Assembly: GCF_009914755.1 (NCBI RefSeq)
Contig: NC_060931.1
DNA length: 64,000 nucleotides
Source of the DNA: the human T2T-CHM13v2.0 reference genome, Homo sapiens
Strand: one strand, 5' to 3'
Shown: positions 32,959 through 45,667 of the stretch, piece after piece
How the letters are laid out: each line of letters starts with the position of its first letter
Position numbering within the stretch: position 1 is the stretch's first letter
Position numbers and translations under genes: made by a program
The notes under the pieces: generated by a model
The model's input: the letters and a program-made list of their open reading frames with translations, nothing else
Database searches by the model: none
What the model was told of the DNA's origin: nothing

Positions 32959-33262
32959 CCGTGCTTTCCGATACAGCAAACAAGCCACATGTTGCTCCTG
33001 AATACTTAAGATCTAGTCTGAATTGAGATCAGCAGTAAGTGTAAAATACACATGAAATTTCAAAGATTAAATATGAAAAAGATTATGTAAAAATTATACT
33101 TTAATATGAAAACATAATACTCTGGATATATTGGGTTAAATATATTACTAAAATTTATTTCACCTGTTACTTGTTACTTTTTTTAAAGTGGCTACTAGAA
33201 ATTTTTAAATTATAGGTTACTCGCTTTGGTGGCTCACATTATATTTCTGTTGAACTGAGCTG
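32959..33262. mobile_element. MER33 hAT-Charlie DNA transposon relic
   Basis: gtaagtgtaaaatacac...gtggctactagaaatttttaaattata...ggctcacattatatttctgttg; 8-bp NTCTAGAN flanks ctctagag / gtctagaa. Confidence 0.85.
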
Positions 33263-34529
33263 GTCTAGAAGCCTTGATGATGTTTACTAAACACTGAGAG
33301 TTCTTGTACTCCTTTGCAGTATTTTTCTCATGAAATCTCTCAATTCCTCAATGTAGTTATCAGATGTACCCCAGAATCTGAATTTTCAGGAAGTGTTGGA
33401 GGCCTTGATGTGGCTCTGGAATGGATACATTTTAGAAGGCGCCCAAAGAAAGCTTCATGATTATAACTGATCATCAGAATTATGTGGAGAAAGCATTATA
33501 ATTTATTTATGATTCCCTCTACAGAAATGTTGATTCAATAAATGTGGGTTGTTGATATTTTGCTCTGTGTTTTTCTTTCTCTTTTCCTTCCTCTCCTATA
33601 GCTTTACCAATAAAGTAGGAGTGATACCCATGTAGGGAAATACTCTGTTGCCTGAAGAAACTGATGTGAAAGGAACATGATTATTAGGGGACTACCAAGA
33701 GATATGGGTTGAACAAGAGTCGAATGAAGGTTGGCACCTTCAGCTGTATTCCAGAGTTGTTCTGGTGTTTCAGAGTAGGGCATGTTCAATTATTTAATCA
33801 GAACATGAACGTAAATGAAAAATGAATCAATTCACCCTATGGTGTGAGAGGCTGATATATAACTATGAAAATTACATGGAATTTCTTCTTAATATTTTAT
33901 TATCCCATAATTTAAAAATACATATATTGGACACACTTTAGATTGGAGAGCCATCAAGCCTTTCCCTCCATTACTTAAATACATCTTGTCTATATTTTGA
34001 AGCTGATGAATCTTCATTTAACATGTTTTCTTAGGAAAGAGGCCCCTGAAGAAGTAAAATGCATGAATTTGAAGTAGCCAACAGACTTGATGGGGTAGAT
34101 GGGGCACTTCTAAGTATCACCTGAAGAAGAGGTGCTGGAATTCATTAGAAAAAACGGAGTTTAACAGGAAAGTATAAATATTTAGCAGAACTAAATTGAA
34201 ATTCTGCTAAATATTTATACTTTTCTATTAAACCTCTATAAATTGATTTATATTCAATTCAATTGATTTATATCGATTTATATATTGATCCAGTCATTAC
34301 CTTACCTGGCCATTCACAATATGGGTGCCTACAGATGTGTCAGATATTAAGGATAAAGCAAAAGAAAAAAATTAAAACGGTCTCTGCCTCCATAGATGAG
34401 CAAGGTTCTCTCACACAAAAAATGCTCTTTAGCCAGAAGATTACCAGATGAAGGACATTTAGAATACTGTCTTCACTGTTGAAATACATAGTTTTTAATC
34501 CAGAAAACAATATAATATAAAAAGCTAAT

Positions 34530-34730
34530 AATAACTATGCTAACTAATACTTTTTAAACACCTACTAGCTATCACAAGTAGTGCTAACTGCTTTTCATAG
34601 ATTATTTCTCAGGAATTGCTTAGGAGAGGTAATATTATTGTCACTATTTTTGCTGATAGAAAAACTTAGGTTCATTGAGGTTAAGTTCAAAGTCACACAA
34701 GAATTACAACAGCTTGGATGTTAATGCAAG
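34530..34730 (-). mobile_element. MIR
   Basis: cctactagctatcacaagtagtgctaactgcttttcatag...aaaacttaggttcattgaggttaag. Confidence 0.55.
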
Positions 34731-35784
34731 TTTTCTCGTGGGACTATTCCCAAATCCATTGAAGACTGTACAAAGAAAATACATTTGCTTGGCTTTATAA
34801 AAAGAAAACATATTAATCATCCAACATGGAGCCTCACCAAGGATCAGAGCAAAAGTTTCCTTACCTTGTGAGGTAATGGGATTGACATTACAAAGAATAA
34901 AAAAAAAAAGAAATTATTGTCATTTTTTGCATGTATTTTTCAGGAGTTGAGTTACTTCCAAATTATAGGTCACAGAACCAAATACAACTTTACAATATAT
35001 ATGTGTCCCACAACTTTAAAGACAAAAATGTGAAGTCAACAGCAAAGTTTTTATTATTCCACTCTTCCCTTTCTGCACCTCTATTCTGGTGTCAGTATTA
35101 TTTTCTGTTTCAAGAAGGGAAAATCATACAATGCAGGCTGGTCCAGGAACCTTGGCAAGAAAGGCAAACGTATTCAGTACTGAATCCTGGTAAATAGACA
35201 AGAGTAGAACATTCTAGAACAAGTCTAATCATAACAATCTCCAAGCTAAAGTGACTATAATGTCTAAGACTGTAAGAGTGCACTCGATTGGGAGGACATT
35301 GGTTATTCCAGGCATAATTCATTGCATCATGCATATTCTTCAAACTCTGCTTCATAAACTGGGATAGAACAAAGCAAGTGCATGGAAGACAAATGTTCCC
35401 CAAGGGAATTATACTTTTTATTTTCAGTATACAATAGATATGGACAGGGTGATATTCTTTGACTATAGTGCTGGGCTTATATCTACTTTACTAATTGCAA
35501 TGTGTACTTGCATAGTTAGATGTTTGCTCAATGAATACACCCGCCCAACATCCCTGAATGACAATATTTGTTCTAAACCAATATTGTAAGTAACAAAATT
35601 GCATTTACAGCTAATAATTCCTGGCCCAAAGCCACATTGTTCTAGTTCAATTGTTCAAAGATATGTCCTGACATCATTATTTTTTTGTTTGAAATGTTTG
35701 CTTGTTTTTGTTCTCTAGGTAATCACAATGTTCTATTCTGTTTAAAGACCTCAGGTTAAGATAATAAAGAAAAATATATATATA

Positions 35785-36293
35785 TTTTTTTTTCTTATTA
35801 TACTTTTAAGTTTTAGGGTACATGTGCACATTGTGCAGGTTAGTTACATATGTATACATGTGCCATGCTGGTGCGCTGCACCCACTAACTCGTCATCTAG
35901 CATTAGGTATATCTCCCAATGCTATCCCTCCCCCCTCCCCCCACCCCACAACAGACACTTCTCAAAAGAAGACATTTATGCAGCCAAAAAACACATGAAA
36001 AAATGCTCATCATCACTGGCCATCAGAGAAATGCAAATCAAAACCACAATGAGATACCATCTCACACCAGTTAGAATGGCAATCATTAAAAAGTCAGGAA
36101 ACAACAGGTGCTGGAGAGGATGTGGAGAAATAGGAATACTTTTACACTGTTGGTGGGACTGTAAACTAGTTCAACCATTGTGGAAGTCAGTGTGGCGATT
36201 CCTCAGGGATCTAGAACTGGAAATACCATTTGACCCAGCCATCCCATTACTGGGTATATACCCAAAGGACTATAAATCATGCTGCTATAAAGA
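35785..36293 (-). mobile_element. Short L1PA2/3 with a 5' inversion (twin priming)
   Basis: Poly-T plus antisense 3'UTR at 35785-35954 joined to a sense ORF2 C-terminal segment at 35950-36293; TSD ataaagaaaaatatat at 35764-35779 and 36287-36302. Confidence 0.93.
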
Positions 36294-36327
36294 AAAATAT
36301 ATTTTAAAGTTATTTAGGTAAAAACTA

Positions 36328-36599
36328 ATTTTCTTTTTTCTTTCTTTTTTTTGTTTTTGTTTTTGAGACGGAGTCTCACTCTGTCACCCAGGCTGGAGTG
36401 CAGTGGCGCGATCTCGGCTCACTGCAAGCTATGCCTCCCAGGGTATGCTATTCTCCTGCCTCAGCCTCCCAAGTAGCTGGGACTACAGATGCCTGCAACC
36501 ACGCCCGGCTAATTTTTTGTATTTTTAGTGGAGATGGGGTTTCACCATGTTAGCCAGGATGGTCTCAGTCTCCTGATCTCATGATCTGCCTGCCTTGGG
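36328..36599 (-). mobile_element. AluY, slightly 5'-truncated
   Basis: AluY-type gcaagct..gcctccc and catgttagccaggatggtctc; TSD-like aaaactaatttt on both sides. Confidence 0.9.
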
Positions 36600-36660
36600 A
36601 TAAAACTAATTTTCTATTGCTTGAGGATCTACAGTTTACAGGGCAAACTGACCACATATA

Positions 36661-37311
36661 TGGTCGATCCTCATTCATAAACTCTGTATGTGCGAATTTG
36701 TCTACTCCCTAAAATTTATTTGTAACTTGAAAATAGATAATTGCAGCACTTTCACAGTCATTCATAGATGTGCATGCTCAACGCGGTGAAAAGTTTGGGT
36801 GGCCCAACATCAAGTTCCCAACTGTGGTAGAAAAAGGTGACGCTTTGCTTTCCTGTTTTATCTCTTCTAATAAAAACATGTCCTTTTTCACAGCATATTT
36901 AGAGCTACATTTTTCACCTGATTGAGTTTTTTCTTGGTGAATTCACTGTTTAAATGGTCCCCTAGTATAGTGCTGAACTGCTGTCTAGTGTTCTTAAGCA
37001 CAAGAAGTTTTGATGTGCCTTCTGGAGAAAATATGTGTGTTAGATATTCTTTGTTCAAGCGTGAGATGTAGTAATCATTGAATCTGAGTTCAATGTTAAT
37101 GAATCACAATCCATATTGAAGAAGGTGTCTTTAAACAGAAACAAACATAAAACAAGGTTATTTATAGATTGATTGATGAAAATATTGTGAACAGAGGCTC
37201 ACAGTAACGTGTCTCTATAATTCTTCTGGGAGTAATGGCTTAGTATCCACTAATTCAGTGTCCATGGCACCTTTACAGCACATAAAGACCACAAATAATA
37301 AGAATTGACTG
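36661..37311 (+). mobile_element. MER82 (TcMar-Tigger) DNA transposon relic
   Basis: gtcgatcctcatt...gcgaatttgtctactccctaaaatttatttgtaac...; 3' TIR aataataagaattgactg; length about 650 bp. Confidence 0.85.
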
Positions 37312-40300
37312 CATGCATCTCTCTATAGAAATCCAAGTTTTTTTAAATATAACAGATAATTATATTTTTAAAAACACATCTAAGATTATATTGGAGGCTA
37401 CTTCAGTTTCCTAATATTTAATCGATAAATAATATTTTAAAAGAAAAAAGAAAACTGCACAACAGCATTCCTCAGCATAATTTGATCAAGACTATGCTCA
37501 AACGTGGAGAGATGGAGTAAAGATAGTGGAACAGAAGGCTCCACCCATTGTCCCACCTAAAAGGACACCAATTTAACAGTTATCCAAATAAGCAAAACAC
37601 CTTCATAAGAATCAAACATCAAATTGAAAGCAATATCTGCTTTTAACTTTTTATCACTGAAAAAGGCACTAAAGAGGTAGAAAAAACACCCTTGAATCGC
37701 TGACACCACTCTACCACAACCCCTGGCAATTGAGGGTGGTGCCCGGAGTGTCTCTGGGTGCTGGGGGAGGGAGAGCACAGAAATGTGAGGCATTGAACTC
37801 AGTGCTATCCTATTAATATTGGAGCAGAAAGAAAAACTGGATCAAATTCAGCTGACGCCCTCCCCTGGAGGGCACATTTAAATCAACCTTAGCTAGAGGG
37901 GAATTGCTGATCCCAGGGGTCCAAACTTGAGTTACCACAAACCTTGCCACCAAGGGTGAAAGGGCTCTGGGTCTCTAAGTAAACTTAAAAGGCAGTACAG
38001 GTCACAAAGACTGCAACTTTTAGGTGAGTCCTAGGTCTAAACTGGGCCCAGAGACAGTGGACTGGGGGTGGGGGGTGGGGGCACAGGACCTACTGAGACA
38101 CTAGCTAGGGCAAGTAAGGGCATTCTGATGTCACCCCTCCCCTAACCCTAGCTGCACAACTTGTGGCTCCAAAGAGACCCCATTCTTCTGCTTTAGAAGA
38201 GGAGAAGGAAGAGTGGGGAGGACTTTTTCTAGTATTTTGGGTACCAGATTAGCCACAGCAGAATAGGACACCAGCCAGAGCTGTGAGGCTCCTGTTCTAA
38301 GCCCTAGCTCCAAGATGACATTTCTAGATACATCCTGGGCCAGAAGAAAACCTACCACCTTGAAGGGAAGGACACAGTCTTGGCAATATCCATCACCTGC
38401 TAACTGAAGAGCCCTTGGGCCTTGAATTAAAAGCAGCAGTATCCAGGTTCTACACCAGGGGTCTTGGGTGCCCCTCTAAGACTTGCTGGCTTCAAGTACT
38501 AGGTCCATCACAGTGGGTAGAGCACCAAGCAGGTCTTTGAGGTAACCGATTCTAGGACTTGACTCTTGGGTGGCATTTCTGGACTTGCCTTGGGCCAGAA
38601 GGGAGCCCACTACCCTGAATGGAAATTAGACAATATACTTCTGAATGACTAGTGGGCCAATGAAGATATTAAGAAGGAAACTGAAAAATTTCTTGAAATA
38701 AATTATAATGAAAACATAACACACCAAAACTAGTGGGCTACAACAAAAGCAGTACTAAGAATGAAGTTTATAGCTATAAGTGCCTACATTAAAAAAGAGG
38801 AGAAACTTCCAATAAAAATCTAACAATGCATCTTAAAGAACTAGGAAAGCAAGAACAAACCAAATCCAAAATTAGTAGAAGAAAATAAATAATAAAGATG
38901 ACAGCAGAAATAAATGACATTAAAGTAAAGAAAACAATACAAAAGATTAAGGAAACAAAAAGCTGTTTTTTGAAAAGTTAAACACAATTGACAAAAATTT
39001 AACCAGACTGGCTAAGACAAAAAAAGAGAGAAAATCCAAACAAATAAGATCATAAATGCAAAAGGAGACATTACAACTAACACTGGAGAAATTCAAAGGA
39101 TCATTAGTAGCTACTATGAGAAACAATTTGCCAATAAATTGGAAAATCTAGAAGAAATAGACAAATTACTAAACACATACAGCCTACCAAGATTGAACCA
39201 GGAAGAAATCCAAAACCTGAACAGATCAACAACAAGTAAGTGAATTGAAGCCACAATAAAAAGTCTCCCAGTAAAGAAAAGCCCAGGACCTGATGGCTTT
39301 GCTGCTGAATTCTACCAAATATTTAAAGAAGAACTAAAACCATTCCTACCCAAACTAATCTGAAAAATAGAAAAGGTAATACTTCCAAACTCATTCTGCA
39401 AGGTCAGTATTACCTTGATACCAAAACCAGACAAATATACATCAAAAAAAGAAAAAATCCAGGCCAAGATATCTGAAGAATATTGATGCAAAAATCCTCA
39501 ACAAAATATGAGCAAACCAAATTCAACAACACGTTAGAAAGATCATTCATCATGACCAAGTGGAATTTGTCCCTGGGTTGCATGGATGGTTCAACATACA
39601 CAAATCAAGCAATACGACACATCATATCAACAGAATGAAGGATAAAAACCATACGATTATTTCAATTAATGGTGAAAAAGCATTTGATAAAATACATCTT
39701 TCTTTCATCATAAAAACCCTAAAAAATAGATATAGAAGGAATGTACCTCAACATAATAAAAGCCATACATGTCAGAGCCACAGATAGTATCATACTGAGT
39801 AGGGAAAAAAATTGAAAGTCTTTCCTTTAAGATCTGCAACACGACAAGGATAACCACTGTCACTGCTGTTATTCAACATAGTACTGGAAGTCCCAGCTAA
39901 AGCAATAAGGCAAGAGAAAGAAAGAAAGAAAGAGTATCCAAATTGAAATGGAAGAAGTCAAATTATCCTTGTTTGCAGACTATGAAATCTTATATTTGAA
40001 AAAACCTAAAGACTCCAAAAAAAAACTATTTGAACTGATAAATTTAGCAATGTTGAAAAATATAAAATTAACATAGAAAGATCAGTAGCATTTCTATATG
40101 CCAACAGTAAACAATATGAAAAAGAATTAAAAAGTAATCTTATTTACAATAGCCACATGAGATTAAATATCTAACAAGTAACGTGACCAAAGAAGTAAAA
40201 GATCTCTACAATAAAAACTATAAAACACTAATGAAATAAATTGAAGAGGACACAAGAAATGGAAAGATATTTCATGTTCATGGATTGGAAGAATAAACAT

Positions 40301-40666
40301 TGCTAAAATGTCCATACCACCCAAAGCAATCTACAGATTCAGTGCAGCCCCTATCAAAATATGACATTCTTCACAGAAATAGCAAAAAAATTCCAAAACT
40401 TTATGGAATGAAAAAGGACTCAGAATAGCCACAGCTATGCTAAGCACAAAAGCAAAACTGAAGGAATCACATTTCCTGACTTGAAATTATACTATGGAGC
40501 TATAGTAACCCAGACACCATGATACTGGCATATAAATGAACATATAGACCATTGGAATAGAATAAAGAACCCCAAAATAAATCCACGCTTACAGTGAACT
40601 CACTTTTGACAAAGGGGTCAAGAACATACACTGAGGAAAAGACAGTCTCTTCAATTAATGCTGCTA

Positions 40667-41140
40667 GCGTATGTTTATTGCAGCACTATTTGCAATAGCA
40701 AAGACATGGAACCAACCCAAATGCCCATCACTGATAGACTGGATAAAGAAAACATGGTACATATACACCATGGAATACTATGCAGACATAAAAAGGAATG
40801 AGAATATGTTCTTTGCAGGGACACGGATGAAGCTGGAAGACATCATCCTCAGCAAACTAACACAGAAACAGAAAACCAAACAACTCATGTTCTCACTCAT
40901 AAGTGGGAGTTGAACATTGAGAAGACATGGACACAGTGAGGGGAACAACACACACCAGGGCCTGTTGAGGCATAGGGAGTGAGGGGAGGGAACTTAGAGG
41001 ACAGGTCAATAGGTTCAGCAAACCACCATGGCACACGTATCCTCTGTAACAAACCTGCACATTCTGCATACATATCCCAGTTTTTTTTCCTTTTAAGAAG
41101 GAATAAAGAAAAAAATAGAGTTACCATATAAAAAATATAT
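40667..41140 (+). mobile_element. L1PA8A-L1PA12-like 3' end nested in the L1MA2
   Basis: [20 protein letters not shown] (40671-40913); 3'UTR gggaacttagaggacaggtcaatagg; host resumes at aatgatgccgggaaaactgg. Confidence 0.85.
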
Positions 41141-41248
41141 TAAAAATGATGCCGGGAAAACTGGATATCTATATGCAGAAGAATGAAACTATAAGCCTAT
41201 CATTCACCATATTTGAAAATCGGTTAAAGACTTATATCTAAGATCTCA

Positions 41249-41698
<450 letters not shown>

Positions 41699-43199
41699 AA
41701 GAAAACATTGGGGAAACACTCTAAGACATTGGTCTGGGCAAAAAATTCTTGAGTAATATCCCACAAGCACAGGCAATCAAAGCACAAATGAACAAATGTG
41801 ATCATATCAAGTTAAAAAGATTGTACACCAAAGTATACAATCAACAAAGTGAAGAGACAACACATGGAATAGGAGAAAATATTTGCAAACTACTCATCTG
41901 ACAAGGGCTAATCTAATAACCAGAATATATAAGGTGCTTAGATAACGTTATAGCAAAAAAAAAAAAAAAAAAAAAAAAATCTAATAATCCCGTTTTAGAA
42001 AACGGGCAAAAGATTTGAGTAGACATTTCTCAAAAGAAAATATACAAATGGCAAACAGGCATATGGAAAGATATTCAAAATTATTGATCATCACACCAAT
42101 AATTATTAACCATCACAATTATTAATCACTGATTTGCGGAAATGCACATCAAAACTACAATGCGATATCATCTCACCCCAGTTAAAATGGTTTATATCCA
42201 AAAGACAAGCAATAACAAATATTGGCAAGGGTGTGGAGAAAAGAGAACCCTTGTACACTGTTGGTGAGAATATAGATTAGTACAACTATGGAGAAGAGTT
42301 TGGAGGTTCCTCAAAAAACTAAAAATAGAGGTACCATATGATCCAGCAATCCCACTGCTGGGTACATACCCAAAAGAAAGGAAATCAGTATATCAAAAAT
42401 ACCTGCCCTCCCATGTTTTTTGTAGCACTATCCACAATAGCTACAATTTGGAAGCAACCTAAGTGTCCATTAACAGATGAATGGATAAGGAAAATATGAT
42501 TCATATACACAATGGAGTATTAATCAGCCATAAAAATGAATGAGATCCTGTCATTTTCAACAACATGGATGGGAACTGGAGGTCATTATATTAAGTGGAA
42601 TAGGCCAGGCACAGAAAGACAAACATCGCATGTACTCACCTATTTCTGGGATCTAGGAATCAAAACAATTGAACTCATGGATGTAGAGAGTAGAAGGATG
42701 GATACCAGAAACTGGGAAAGGTAGTGAGGGTTTGAGGGGGAAGTAAGGATAGCTAATGGGTAAAAAACAAAAATAGTTCAAAGGAATGAATATGACCCAC
42801 TATCTGATACCACTACAGGGTGACTATAGTCAATAATAATTTAATTGTTACATTAATACATTAATAACTTAATTGTACATTTTTAAATAACAAAAGAGTG
42901 TAATTGGATTGTTTGTAACACAAAGGATAAATGCTTGAAGGGATGGATGATACCCCATTCTCCATGATGTGCTTATTTCACATTGCATGGGTGAATCAAA
43001 ACATTTCATGTACCCCATAAATACATACACCCACTATGTACCCACAAAAATTAAAAATAAAAAATTTAAGAAACAAAAATAAGTACAAAAGTGACCACTA
43101 GAAAAAAAATGCAAATCTTCCTAGATGCCTTATTTTTCTTACGAATCAAAGAGGAAAGAATATATATCTTGTAGTAAAAGGAAGATAGCAAGTATAATA

Positions 43200-44470
43200 C
43201 AAACAATTATAAAATGTATGGCAGACTGAGTCAAATCATATTAATCATACTAATAAATGTGAATAGCTTAACTTACCTAGTAAAAAATTTTTCAATTTAT
43301 TACACAAAACAAGAAATAACTGAATGCTGTATATGTTAAACTAAATGATTTAGAAAGACCAAAGATGAATGATATAATAGCAGTAGCAATGAGAAAATGA
43401 GGGGTGCAATGCTGAAATCAGAAAGTGTAGAATTTTAGCCAATGTACATCAGTTGTGACAGAGAGAGTACTTTTTAATGCTAAACACCACAAGTCACAAT
43501 GAAGGTATAATGCCTACAAATCTCTAGGCACTAAACAACATATCAACCACTTTCGTGAAGCAAAAACTATAGGATATTCAATATGACATAATTAGAAATA
43601 AAATAATGAGAGGCTAATGTACCATTCTCAGTACAAAGCAGAGCAATTGGTCAATAAATAAAAAGAAGACAGAAAAACTAAAGAACATAAACAATCTACA
43701 TATGGATATGTATCAAAATGTACACCCTAGAATACACAAATTCACAAAAATGATCAAACATAAAGTTCAAAATCAAAGTTCACAATAAAAAGTCAGAAAA
43801 TTTTGTAAAGTAGAGATATAGTACTCTCCTATCACAATTCAATAAGATCAAAAATTATTAACAAAAAATTTTAATCTCCTATTAAACAACTCTTTGGTGA
43901 CAAGGGAAAACAAAAAAGTACAGAATTTCTTTAAAAATAAATGACAAGAGAAACACTACCTATCAGAATTTATTGAATATATTTTAAGCAATGATCAGAA
44001 GAAAATTAAATACATAAAACACTTTTATTAGTAAAAATGAAAGAATATGTATAAATAAATAGCAGCTCAATAATCTAGTAAAGCAGCACACCAACATGGC
44101 ACATGTATACATATGTAACAAACCTGCACATTGTGCACATGTACACCAGAACTTAATGTATAATAAAAATATATATTAATAATAATAATAATAATCTAGT
44201 AAAGTTAAATAGCAGCTCAATAATCTAGTAAACTAACAACAAATTAAATCAGAAGAAAACATAAGAAACAAGGTTAAAAAAAGTTAAAAGCAAAAATTAT
44301 TGTGGTAGTAGAACAGTAAGCCAAGTCATATAAGTTATTTTTTAAAAAGTAAATACAAATATAGGCAATTTATTACCTAACTTGATCAAGAAGAAATAAG
44401 GAAAGAGCACAAATGAACAAATTAAGAAATTGTAAGGAGGAAATATCCAGTGAAACAAGAAATTAAAAAT
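43200..44470 (+). mobile_element. Ancient L1ME ORF2 relic (continues at 50760-51260)
   Basis: Degenerate EN-domain motifs (taataaatgtgaatagcttaac; aacactacctatcagaattta). Confidence 0.6.
44083..44189 (+). mobile_element. Tiny L1PA4-7-like 3' terminal insertion
   Basis: gcagcacaccaacatggcacatgtatacatatgtaacaaacctgcac plus tail; TSD aataatctagtaaag. Confidence 0.9.
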
Positions 44471-44533
44471 TACCACAAAAGTCTATTTTAATTTCAGCAT
44501 TAACTTGAGGTAATTTAAAAATTACCACAAGGC

Positions 44534-44750
44534 AATTAACATGCTTATCACCTTGTTTACCTATCATTTTTATGGTCAGACATTTAAAATTAAGTGCCTT
44601 AGTTCTTTTAAAATATATAATACATTATTATTGACCATGTTAATTAATTTGATTTAATCATCCCACAGTGTGCACATATATCTAAGCATCACATTGTACC
44701 TCACGAATGTATATACATATGATTTGTCAATTAAAAATAATACTAATTTT
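44534..44750 (+). mobile_element. Old L1MA/MB 3' end with a 5' inversion
   Basis: Antisense 3'UTR segment 44534-44637 joined to a sense terminal segment 44638-44750 (gatttaatcatcccacagtg...gatttgtcaattaaaaataa); TSD aaaaattaccacaa(c)ggc. Confidence 0.65.
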
Positions 44751-44760
44751 AAAAATTACC

Positions 44761-45667
44761 GGGGGAGGAGCCAAGATGGCCGAATAGGAACAGCTCTGGT
44801 CCACAGCTCCCAGCGTGAGCAACGCAGAAGACGGGTGATTTCTGCATTTCCATCTGAGGTACCGGGTTCATCTCACTAGGGAGTGCCAGACAGTGGGCGC
44901 AGGTCAGTGGGTGCGCGCACCGTGCACGAGCCGAAGCAGGGTGAGACATTGCCTCATTTGGGAAGCGCAAGGGGTCAGGGAGTTCCCTTTCCGAGTCAAA
45001 GAAAGGGGTGATGGACGGCACCTGGAAAATCCGGTCGCTCCCACCCGAATACTGCGCTTTTCCGACAGGCTTAAAAAACGGCGCACCACGAGATTATATG
45101 CCGCACCTGGCTCGGAGGGTCCTACACCCACAGAGTCTCGCTGATTGCTAGCACAGCAGTCTGAGATCAAACTGCAAGGCGGCAGCGAGGCTGGGGGAGG
45201 GGCGCCCGCCATTGCCCAGGCTTGATTAGGTAAACAAAGCAACCTGGAAGCTCCAACTGGGCGGAGCCCACCACAGCTCAAGGAGGCCTGCCTGCCTCTG
45301 TAGGCTCCACCTCTGGGGGCAGGGCACAGACAAACAAAAAGACAGCAGTAACCTCTGCAGACTTAAATGTCCCTGTCTGACAGCTTTGAAGAGAGCAGTG
45401 GTTCTCCCAGCACACAGCTGGAGATCTGAGAACGGGCAGACTGCCTCCTCAAGTGGGTCCCTGACCCCTGACCCCTGAGCAGCCTAACTGGGAGGCACCC
45501 CCCAGCAGGGGCACAGTGACACCTCACAAGGCAGGGTATTCCAACAGACCTGCAGCTGAGGGTCCTGTCTGTTAGAAGGAAAACTAACAAACAGAAAGGA
45601 CATCCACACCAAAAACCCATCTGTACATTACCATCATCAAAGACCAAAAGTAGATGAAACCACAAAG
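44761..45667 (+). promoter_or_regulatory. L1 5'UTR internal sense promoter (YY1 site intact) and antisense promoter region
   Basis: caagatggcc at 44772-44781; CpG-rich 5' half; position of the antisense promoter is inferred from established L1 biology. Confidence 0.8.
44904..45212 (-). CDS. L1 antisense ORF0-like reading frame, open for 102 aa
   Basis: MAGAPPPASLPPCSLISDCCASNQRDSVGVGPSEPG... starts at ATG 45212 inside track ORF 44904..45281. Expression is unknown. Confidence 0.6.
   Translation of the reverse strand: MAGAPPPASLPPCSLISDCCASNQRDSVGVGPSEPGAAYNLVVRRFLSLSEKRSIRVGATGFSRCRPSPLSLTRKGNSLTPCASQMRQCLTLLRLVHGARTH

Noticed and set aside
35824-36321. 165-aa chimeric ORF across the L1 inversion junction
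   Set aside because: GTG start; it is antisense 3'UTR fused by accident to an ORF2 C-terminal fragment, with no promoter evidence.
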